Positions 9,023 to 17,330 of a stretch of DNA of 64,000 nt are shown piece after piece (position 1 is the stretch's first letter; every line of letters begins with the position of its first letter). Origin of the DNA: Promethearchaeota archaeon (GTDB taxonomy: Archaea > Asgardarchaeota > Lokiarchaeia > Sigyniarchaeales > SOKP01); contig JBHLLT010000001.1 of NCBI GenBank assembly GCA_048938855.1, positions 1-64,000 on the forward strand, written 5' to 3'. The notes below the pieces were generated by a model. The model worked only from the letters and a program-made list of their open reading frames with translations, searched no databases and was not told the DNA's origin. Made by a program: the position numbers and the translations under genes.

Positions 9023-10696
9023 TCAATCAAATAAATTGGCTTCTTTTATTATTTTTTTATGATCAAATGCAAATTCTAAATCTTTCAATTTCTCTTTTGG
9101 TATAAGTTCTACAACTTTGGCATCATCACCACATCTCATGTCAGTAGTATCCTCAACAATACATTTAAATGCAGTGCTATGAATTTTCCCACGTGGATCA
9201 CGTCCTTCTTCATCATAAAAACCAATTTTTTCTATTATTCTAACAGATAAGTTTGTTTCTTCCTTAATTTCTCTAAGCAATGCATTTTTTGGCTTTTCAC
9301 TTTTCTCAATAAAACCTCCTGGAAGTGCATAAAATCCCTGAAATGGAGGATATTTACGCTTTATTAGGACAATATTTCCTTTTCTATCTTCAATAACAGC
9401 ATCGACAGTATATCCAATTTTCACTTTCTTGACCTGCATTCTCATATATATATTAAATATTATTGTAACAACTAAAATCCCTGTAATTATCATAGCAATT
9501 ATAAAGTTTAACAGAAAAGTTCCAATGTCCCCTTCCTGTAAACTGAAAGCAATCATAATGACTCCACCTAAATCTGCTAAAATTCCCGCTCCAAATAATA
9601 GGTTCAGTAAATTAAGTCCTTTCTCAGTTCTTTGTTGAATTTCTTCATTTTTCTTTTGATATAATTGTTGCATTGAGTCATAAATGATATCAAATTTTTT
9701 ACTAATTCTCTTTACAATGCCTTCTATCTTAAATTCATTTAAGAGATGCTTTAGCACCGTGGTATAATGTTGTCTCCTATTATAATCCAATTCATTATAA
9801 ATTACACTTAGATTTGTTTGGATTAAACCCCTTAAAAATCTTAAATTTCTTATTTTTCTTTCAATAGTCTCAATATCCTTGAATTCTTCTGATTGGGCTT
9901 TTAAAAAGAGAAGGTCAAGAGACTCGTTAATCAATCTTAATGCAAATAATATAGCTCTTATTTTTGGTGTTGGGGAAATAACAAATTCTTTCATATAAGA
10001 TTCAAAAAAATTTTCATAATTTTCTTCTGCCATATATATAAATCCAGAATTTCTTCGAATAAAATGTAACTCAGATAGTCTATTAGACAAATTATTTTCA
10101 ATACGCCTATCATAAAGGGTTTCAGAATAATCTTCCCATTGTCCTGAATATATTTCTGTCCAGTATCCTATATCTTTTTTATGTTTGTTAATATTGTGTT
10201 TTGTCCATTCTATAAGATCTGGTTTTATTTTATTAGAAGTGACAAATACATAAATAGGGCTTTCTAAATCAAAAATAACGCCTTTACTTTCATCTTTTTT
10301 GGAGTAATCTCGCAGAAAGGATAACAATATTTGAGGAATCTGTTGAATATAACTTGATTTTATCTTTTCCTTTTTCATAGGTTCATCCTTATAATATTCC
10401 ACATCAAATTGAAAAAATCCAAGGGTATCATATTCCCTTTGACTGTTTTCATCCGCATAAGGAAAATTTTCTAAATAAGGTATCCACTTACATGATAAGT
10501 AGATATGTTTTGCTATGTCAATAATTGTATCTCCAAGTTCTTCCCGAATTTTGTAATAAATATCATCTTTTCTTAGATTATTTAACCGTTTTTTTACCTG
10601 TTCCTCAATTTCTTGGCTTTTTTTATTTCCATCAATTAAAGATGTGTTCAAAAATGTGGAGATGGCCCAATATTCCTCTTTATATATAAATTCCAT
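9023..10696 (-). CDS. Fusion protein: helical N-terminal domain, 2 TM helices (CorA-like layout), C-terminal Nudix (ADP-ribose pyrophosphatase-like) domain
   Basis: Nudix box GGFIEKSEKPKNALLREIKEETNL with GRDPRG and AFDH; two hydrophobic helices at about aa 361-417. Confidence 0.75.
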   Translation of the reverse strand: MEFIYKEEYWAISTFLNTSLIDGNKKSQEIEEQVKKRLNNLRKDDIYYKIREELGDTIIDIAKHIYLSCKWIPYLENFPYADENSQREYDTLGFFQFDVEYYKDEPMKKEKIKSSYIQQIPQILLSFLRDYSKKDESKGVIFDLESPIYVFVTSNKIKPDLIEWTKHNINKHKKDIGYWTEIYSGQWEDYSETLYDRRIENNLSNRLSELHFIRRNSGFIYMAEENYENFFESYMKEFVISPTPKIRAILFALRLINESLDLLFLKAQSEEFKDIETIERKIRNLRFLRGLIQTNLSVIYNELDYNRRQHYTTVLKHLLNEFKIEGIVKRISKKFDIIYDSMQQLYQKKNEEIQQRTEKGLNLLNLLFGAGILADLGGVIMIAFSLQEGDIGTFLLNFIIAMIITGILVVTIIFNIYMRMQVKKVKIGYTVDAVIEDRKGNIVLIKRKYPPFQGFYALPGGFIEKSEKPKNALLREIKEETNLSVRIIEKIGFYDEEGRDPRGKIHSTAFKCIVEDTTDMRCGDDAKVVELIPKEKLKDLEFAFDHKKIIKEANLFD

Positions 10697-10801
10697 AGTG
10701 GTAAATTATTTTTAATTGAAAATTTTAATATTAATAAAAAAAGGACTTATTTGTATTAAATTCTTTTAATATATAATCTGTTTTAAATTTCAAAACCTAA
10801 A

Positions 10802-11743
10802 ATGATGACAAAAGAATTACAACAGGACATTCTTAGATTAAAAAAAGAGAAAGACATTCTTATCCTCGCACATTATTATCAAACTATAGAGATTCAAGAA
10901 ATTGCTGATTATGTAGGTGATTCGCTTGGATTATCTCGTAAAGCTAAAAATATTGATACTAATTATATAATATTTGCAGGTGTAGATTTCATGGCTGAAA
11001 CTGCTTCAATCATTAATCAAGATAAACATGTTCTGATACCTAATTATGAGTCTTGCTGCCCAATGGCCGCTTTTCTTACACCCGAAATGGTAATTGAATA
11101 TAAAAAAGAACATCCTGGACTTCCAGTAGTGGTATACATTAATTCAACAGCAGCAGTTAAAGCTGAGTCCGATATTTGTTGTACATCTTCAAATGCAGTT
11201 AAAATAGTTGAAAAGGTTAGTAACGAATTCAATGTGGATTCTGTATTGTTTGGTCCGGATGCAAACTTAGCAGATTATGCTGAACAATTATCTGGTATAA
11301 AATGTATTCAAATGCCTGATATTGGGCATTGTTATGTACATTCACAGATCACCCTAGAACATATTAATAAATCTCAACAAGAACATCCTAACGCTCTAGT
11401 CATGGTCCATCCTGAATGTATCAGGGAAGTTAGAGATCGTTCTGATTTTGTTGGGTCAACAGCTAAGATGTATAACAGAGTTAAGAATAGTAACCATAAA
11501 GAAAAAGAGTTTATCATTGGAACAGAAATTGGACTTATACAACGTATGGCACAAGATTTTCCAGATAAAAAGTTTTACCCAGTAAAAGAAAAATTAATTT
11601 GTTATAATATGAAAAAACACAACCTAGAGTTAATTAAATATCTGCTTGAAAACTCAAACGACACAACTTTTGAGATTAAAGTTCCTTCAGAAATTGCCCA
11701 ACGAGCCATAAAACCAATTCAACAAATGCTGGATTATTCATAA
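10802..11743 (+). CDS. nadA: Quinolinate synthase A
   Basis: LAHYYQ, VGDSL, FMAETA, CPMA, VYINS, CTSSNA, CYVH, HPEC, C..MK. Confidence 0.97.
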   Translation: MMTKELQQDILRLKKEKDILILAHYYQTIEIQEIADYVGDSLGLSRKAKNIDTNYIIFAGVDFMAETASIINQDKHVLIPNYESCCPMAAFLTPEMVIEYKKEHPGLPVVVYINSTAAVKAESDICCTSSNAVKIVEKVSNEFNVDSVLFGPDANLADYAEQLSGIKCIQMPDIGHCYVHSQITLEHINKSQQEHPNALVMVHPECIREVRDRSDFVGSTAKMYNRVKNSNHKEKEFIIGTEIGLIQRMAQDFPDKKFYPVKEKLICYNMKKHNLELIKYLLENSNDTTFEIKVPSEIAQRAIKPIQQMLDYS

Positions 11744-11888
11744 GTTCATAGAATTTTTATAAGAAAAGTATATTGTTAAACTGTCAAACTTTATTTTATA
11801 TTATGTTATATCTTTTTTGATTTCTTATATTTTGGAACAGTCATATCATCTACATAGTCCTATGAATTTAAAAAAAAATGATAATGGA

Positions 11889-13499
11889 CTAAAAGAAGGA
11901 TGTTATTTTTCTTTGATTTCTTTTACGATCTAACCATTTCTTAAAATCATTTGTTACTCTCCCCGACCATATGGCTTTTTTTATGGTTTCTTGATTAAAT
12001 CTATAAATATCTTGATATGTAAACTTATGATATTTCATAAGTTGTCTCATTTTTATTAGCCATTCCACAAATTTTTTGTATAGCTTATTATCTGATGAAG
12101 CAACTCTATTGTATGAATTCTCATAAAACATTTTATCATCTTCTGTATAACCTGTGAAAAATCTATAATTTTGATTCATCCAAAAAATCTTTTCCGTAGA
12201 TTCTGAATATTTTTTAATATTGCAGTTCCATAATTTTATTGTTTCTAGGGTAGGGATAGCGTTTAAGTTCTCTGGTATTTCAGTTATTGTGGGATTATTA
12301 GATAAATCAATAAGTTTAAGATTAGTTAAATTTTCAATGCCTTCAATTTCTGTAATTCTGTTATTTCTCAAAAACAGCTTCTCTAATTTCTCAAGATTTT
12401 CCAATCCCTCTAGTTCTGTTATTTCATTGTTATTTAATCTTAAAATATGTACATTTGAAAATTCCTCGATCCCCTTCAAATTAGAAATTTGATTATTGCT
12501 TAGATCTACTTCATTCACAGCATCAAAATTATCATTTATTGCATTTAGATTTGAAATCTTCCTAATGTTTTGATTATTCAAAAAAATTTTATCATTTCTA
12601 AAAAAGGCTACAACCCTATCTTTATATTTTATAAAATTAAACTCAAATTCATAGTCTTTAAAATACTCAAGATGTTTATTTACATATTGAATTAATGGAA
12701 ATTGGTTTCTTCCTTTTAAGATTTTATAGACATCTTTAACCAAACCATCTCTATAGTCTTCGGGAATATCATATAAGATTTTTGAGATAATTAATGAAAT
12801 ATTTTCAATTCCAAAATCCCTGATAATTCTATGGATTAAAAAATTTATTTGAGATGATAAATCTATACCTGGATCATATTCAATTAAGGCTCTAAAATCA
12901 GTTGTAACATCGCGTAAAAAATTCGGACTCAAGTCATCGAAAATGCTTTCAAACTCATCATGGTTTAAATATCTCAAATATCCATTTTGAGTTAGAAATT
13001 GAACCACAGTAGGATGTTTACTTGCAAGCCTAATAGCTATCTCCTCGGAAAATACTCTTTTCGCCAATGGATCTCCAACTTCAGTTAATCTCTTTAATAA
13101 TGGAAAAGCTAAATTTCTATGAAGAATTCTTGTATCATAACCATTTTCCGCCCACACTTGGATATTTGAACAGTGTCCTTGAAACTCTTCTTCGGGGGTG
13201 ATTCTTCCGGTTATATGGTTATGATTTCCTTCCATTGATCTATCTAACTTCTCCGCGGCTTCATCAATAGATTCAATCTCATCATATTCTTCTATTCGAT
13301 CAACAGGGATATTAAGCAGTAAGTACATACACTGCTGGAATCTACGTCCTTTTACATAAATCTGAGTTTGTCCGCCTTCAAGCTTCAATTTAAGGTAGTC
13401 ATTAATTTTAAATTCTTTTACATTAGAGAGAGGTTTGATTGAAATGAATAAGACAATTATTGAAGTAAGTAATATAATGTAAATACAACTTAGAAACAT
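11889..13499 (-). CDS. Leucine-rich repeat protein with Loki-type N-terminal domain and C-terminal PIP-box-like motif (start uncertain)
   Basis: LRRs LSNNQI, LNNNEI, LRNNRI, LSNN. N-terminal KEFKINDYLKLKLE...FQGHCSNIQVW.EN.YDTRILHRNLAFPLLKRL. Ends QRKITSFF. Confidence 0.85.
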   Translation of the reverse strand: MFLSCIYIILLTSIIVLFISIKPLSNVKEFKINDYLKLKLEGGQTQIYVKGRRFQQCMYLLLNIPVDRIEEYDEIESIDEAAEKLDRSMEGNHNHITGRITPEEEFQGHCSNIQVWAENGYDTRILHRNLAFPLLKRLTEVGDPLAKRVFSEEIAIRLASKHPTVVQFLTQNGYLRYLNHDEFESIFDDLSPNFLRDVTTDFRALIEYDPGIDLSSQINFLIHRIIRDFGIENISLIISKILYDIPEDYRDGLVKDVYKILKGRNQFPLIQYVNKHLEYFKDYEFEFNFIKYKDRVVAFFRNDKIFLNNQNIRKISNLNAINDNFDAVNEVDLSNNQISNLKGIEEFSNVHILRLNNNEITELEGLENLEKLEKLFLRNNRITEIEGIENLTNLKLIDLSNNPTITEIPENLNAIPTLETIKLWNCNIKKYSESTEKIFWMNQNYRFFTGYTEDDKMFYENSYNRVASSDNKLYKKFVEWLIKMRQLMKYHKFTYQDIYRFNQETIKKAIWSGRVTNDFKKWLDRKRNQRKITSFF

Positions 13500-13627
13500 A
13501 TTTGAGAAAAACTTGGATTTTTGGTAACAGAGTTAAAGATAATTCCCTTTTTCAATATTAAAACCCCTATGATTTTAAAATTTATAAATAGATTTTTTCT
13601 TTACTACAGAGCTACATTATAAAAGAT

Positions 13628-14728
13628 TTAAACGGGTATAAAAGTAAGCATATTAAAATTCAGATCAATATTAGAACTATCTAAAATAGCCTGTTGTATC
13701 CGTTTACCTTCTTCTGTTAATGATAACTTCTTTGATTGCGCAACTCCTTCCATAAATTTTTTTCTTTCTATATCTAAAAAGCCCATTTCTATCGCATTCT
13801 TAATTATTAGATTCAGTACTAATAATTGAAATTGTTCCTCAATAGCACCCCATATTAAGCCCATTTCCTTTAATTGTTCTGTTAATTCTTCAGCTAAAAT
13901 GTCCAGATCATAAATCATATCATAAATGCCTTCTTGAAGATTGATAATTTCATCTATCAACTTATCTTTTATGAGTCTAATCGTTGTAGTTCCCAGTAAA
14001 TCCTCTTCGTGAAAGAAGAAATCATTCTGTTTGCGCTTAATTAAATAGAAACCAAATTCATTTTTTATCAGTTTCATTCTAGCAAGATAATTAATTGCCT
14101 CTTTTGATACTTTATAGATTATGCAGAATTGCTCTAAATCAATTTTGTATCCTGCAAATTTTTGAGTATTTTTCTCATCTAAATGCCAATACTTTCTAGC
14201 TAAAGCACCTTGGCCTAGAATCGAGTTATAAAATATATAAAATAGTGATAAATATAGATCTCTGTCTTGCTGTAATTCAAAAAAATTATCTCCAATTTTC
14301 GATACGATTCTTACTATATGAATTATAAATGGGTCTTCTACATTTATTTCTTTATAAAAATCTATTAGGTTCTCAAGCTTTCGGACATTTTTTTTTAATT
14401 CATTAACAATAAATAGTTCATCTTTTAACTTTAAAGGTTTTTCTTCGAGTTTTTCTATTCCCTTATCGGTTATAATATATCCACGGTACTGTTTATTTGT
14501 TTGCTTATCTGTAATTAAACGTTGTTCAACATTTTCATTTTTTAGATGAAATGTAATATATTTAGAAACTGTAGATCTGCTCAAATTTGAATATTTAATC
14601 AAATTAGTAAATCTTTGCGGACCTAAATTTCTAAGAATGAATAATATCCTCCGGCTATTGTCATCAATACTACTTGATTTTTTCAATAGCTCGCTCGCTA
14701 ATTTTTTTGATATGTTCCAGCTCTCCAT
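13628..14728 (-). CDS. Winged-helix DNA-binding protein (ArsR/MarR-like N-terminus) with an unknown C-terminal domain
   Basis: RRILFILRNLGPQRFTNL...LSRSTVSKY...YIITDKG. Confidence 0.7.
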   Translation of the reverse strand: MESWNISKKLASELLKKSSSIDDNSRRILFILRNLGPQRFTNLIKYSNLSRSTVSKYITFHLKNENVEQRLITDKQTNKQYRGYIITDKGIEKLEEKPLKLKDELFIVNELKKNVRKLENLIDFYKEINVEDPFIIHIVRIVSKIGDNFFELQQDRDLYLSLFYIFYNSILGQGALARKYWHLDEKNTQKFAGYKIDLEQFCIIYKVSKEAINYLARMKLIKNEFGFYLIKRKQNDFFFHEEDLLGTTTIRLIKDKLIDEIINLQEGIYDMIYDLDILAEELTEQLKEMGLIWGAIEEQFQLLVLNLIIKNAIEMGFLDIERKKFMEGVAQSKKLSLTEEGKRIQQAILDSSNIDLNFNMLTFIPV

Positions 14729-14922
14729 AATAATATTATATTAGTCTAAATATATAAAATTATACCTTTTTTCTGAACTTAGTTCGAACATATACTGAAA
14801 TACAATTAATTATGATTTTAGTATGTTTCTGATTAATTAAAGGTAAAGCTTTAAAAATTAAGCCTTTAATATAAGAATTTGATAGTAGATTCAAAATTAC
14901 TATAATTGGAAAATAATTTATT

Positions 14923-15123
14923 ATGGAAGATCCAAATATTTTGAATAGAATCAAAAAAATTGAAAGTAGACTAGATAGCATAGAAGAGCGCATTACACAT
15001 TTAGAACATAGAATAGGGCGTTTTCCATCACGTCCATTCCCAAAACCAGAACCTATACACCCTCCAGGATCCCCAGAACCACCTAAACCACCAGGACCCC
15101 CTCCAGAACCCTTTAGGTTTTAA
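14923..15123 (+). CDS. Small coiled-coil protein with a proline-rich tail
   Basis: Heptad pattern RIKKIESRLDSIEERITHLE followed by PFPKPEPIHPPGSPEPPKPPGPPPEPF. Confidence 0.7.
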   Translation: MEDPNILNRIKKIESRLDSIEERITHLEHRIGRFPSRPFPKPEPIHPPGSPEPPKPPGPPPEPFRF

Positions 15124-15280
15124 TAAATGCCTAAATAATCATTGAAGAGAAAAGCAAAAAAAGACCTATCACTTCTAAACCATAGTTCGAGATCTTGAAC
15201 GATAATCCTTATCTTTCCTTTCTAATAATTATTATGTAATATAAATCAGTTTATGAAAAATTAATGGGGTGTGATAAAAA

Positions 15281-15535
15281 ATTACCCAATATAGGTTTAG
15301 GCTAACGGGAGTCCCTCCAGATCAAGCTATAAAATTAATTGAATTAGATCCAAATAATTCAATTGCAGAAATTAAAAAAACCGTCCAACGTGAGTATAAG
15401 TTAAATCCAATTTTAGCTATACAATTCATTTTTAAAGGGAAAGTATTACCTGATCAATTAAAGTTTGCAAAAATTGGTATTCATCCAAAAAAAGATGTAA
15501 TTACTGTAATGGCTACTCAAGCTGGCGGAATTTAA
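15281..15535 (+). CDS. Ubiquitin-like protein (84 aa, ATT start), C-terminus ...QAGG-I
   Basis: Absent from the ORF track. Translation (M)TQYRFRLTGVPPDQAIKLIELDPNNSIAEIKKTVQREYKLNPILAIQFIFKGKVLPDQLKFAKIGIHPKKDVITVMATQAGGI*. In-frame TAA at 15275; SD-like GGGGTGTGA at 15266-15274. Confidence 0.88.
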   Translation: MTQYRFRLTGVPPDQAIKLIELDPNNSIAEIKKTVQREYKLNPILAIQFIFKGKVLPDQLKFAKIGIHPKKDVITVMATQAGGI

Positions 15536-15635
15536 AAAAAAATATTAATAAGGAGAAATATTTTTCACGGGGGTATTAAGAGGAAGAATATTTATTTTTT
15601 CTCTCTTTTTAATTTTTTTTTAATAACAGAGTTCA

Positions 15636-16061
15636 TTAATGCTCTAAAAAGGAAAATTTTGTAAAATCCTTAAATTTAGTGTTAAGAATTTTAATAATTT
15701 GTTTTGAAAATGATCTAAAATTTGAAATTTCTCCATTAAAATCATTGAGAATATCTTTATATTGAGTGAGAAAACTAGAAATTATTGTTTCAGAAATTTT
15801 TTCTAACTTTTTTTTGTCAAAATTTACATTATCACATTTTAAAACAAGATGATAGTCAGACTCATGTGTATAAAAGAAGAAAAGAAAACTGTCTAAGACC
15901 AATGTTCTCAAGCTTTCTTTAAAACTGTTTTCTGTAAATCGACAAATTATATCAAAATAGCCTGCTAATGATTGTTCATCGTTTAATTTATCATAATTAG
16001 TGAAATTGTGATAAAATAAAGCAATTCCTGCTTGATCTATAATCATTAATTCTCTGATCAT
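15636..16061 (-). CDS. Longin-like domain protein
   Basis: MIRELMIIDQAGIALFYHNF...LAGYFDII..F...FLTQY...FNGEISNFRSF, the usual Asgard longin pattern. Confidence 0.75.
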   Translation of the reverse strand: MIRELMIIDQAGIALFYHNFTNYDKLNDEQSLAGYFDIICRFTENSFKESLRTLVLDSFLFFFYTHESDYHLVLKCDNVNFDKKKLEKISETIISSFLTQYKDILNDFNGEISNFRSFSKQIIKILNTKFKDFTKFSFLEH

Positions 16062-16324
16062 TTTAAATGCATATTCTTATCTGGAATTTCCACCTAAATT
16101 AATATAACTATTAATTTTTAAATGTTAATTCCAAATTTTATTAAATTCAGAAAATATATTCTCTTGAATTTATTACGTGAATTTTGTATTTAAAGCATAT
16201 TATTTGTTTAATAATAATTTAGGAAATAAGTTGAGTAAATATAAAAAAAAAATAGAGTAATACTTAGGTTTAAACAAAATACTTCCTTAATATTTTCAAT
16301 CAATATATCAAGAATGTGAAAAAC

Positions 16325-16513
16325 ATGGCATGGGGCGGTTCGTTAAACAAACAAGGTTCTAATCATATTAGAAAGCTTAGAGAGGCAGATAAAGTTATTG
16401 GTTTTTTAGAGAATTTTAAGAATGATCTAACTCCTGCCGAAAAAAAATATTTCACTAAGACTATTGAAGTAATTACAGATTATATTACAAAAATTTCAGA
16501 AGGACTGAAGTGA
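16325..16513 (+). CDS. Small helical hypothetical protein
   Basis: ORF of about 62 aa; ATG at 16325 follows an SD-like GTGA; no family recognised. Confidence 0.55.
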   Translation: MAWGGSLNKQGSNHIRKLREADKVIGFLENFKNDLTPAEKKYFTKTIEVITDYITKISEGLK

Positions 16514-16517
16514 GATT

Positions 16518-17087
16518 TTATACTTTCAATAAAATTTTCTTAATAATTTCAATGATTTGATCAGCTACTTTTTTGATAGTGTCAGTTAGATTAATTTCAA
16601 AAAATGGAATGTCTTCATTTTCACTTCGTTCTTCAAGTGAGTATTCATCTTCCTTATACAAATTTAACTCAGAAAATCCCTCAAGACTTTCTGGCACAAT
16701 TCCAATCATGAAAACATTCAAGTTTGGTAACTTTTCAAGTAATAAATCAACAACAATATGAACAGGGATAGTGTGTGAAGATATCGGTACTGTTTCTTGA
16801 ATGTTTTCTCTTTCAATTATGGCAACGGTGCCGGGAGGTTTATTTATATTACAAGTATCTAAAAGGATGAGGTGAGATGGTTGAAATTTAATAATTTCTT
16901 CAATTCTGCTCATTGGATCAATACCTGCATTAATAAATAAGGATTCCTCATCTGAATATTCCAGGAGTTCACTAATAATATATGGGCCAACACCATCATC
17001 ACTTAGTTTTTCTTCACCAACTCCTAAAAAAACTAATTTCCTAGCATTCTTCAACTTTTTTAAAAGTCTTGATTGAAATTCTTTCAT
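16518..17087 (-). CDS. Hydrogenase maturation protease (HycI-like)
   Basis: LGVGEEKLSDDGVG, IILLD, SSHTIP. Confidence 0.85.
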   Translation of the reverse strand: MKEFQSRLLKKLKNARKLVFLGVGEEKLSDDGVGPYIISELLEYSDEESLFINAGIDPMSRIEEIIKFQPSHLILLDTCNINKPPGTVAIIERENIQETVPISSHTIPVHIVVDLLLEKLPNLNVFMIGIVPESLEGFSELNLYKEDEYSLEERSENEDIPFFEINLTDTIKKVADQIIEIIKKILLKV

Positions 17088-17330
17088 TGATTTAAAATTA
17101 TTTATTATGTTATTGTGGATGATAACACTACCTTAGTATTAGACATTGAAACGACTTATTAATTATTATGAAAAATTAATTAACTTGCAGATTAATAATT
17201 TTATAATTAAGAAATATTAAATAATATTTATTTTGAGGCATAATTCTTTATAATAGCTCTTCAATAATAAATAACGAGCAAAATTACAAAAGATTTGAAT
17301 TTAGAAATGTTTCCTCTGAGAGGATGATAT

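Noticed and set aside
16518-17087. Hydrogenase gene cluster
   Set aside because: Only the maturation protease is present; no hydrogenase subunits in the window.
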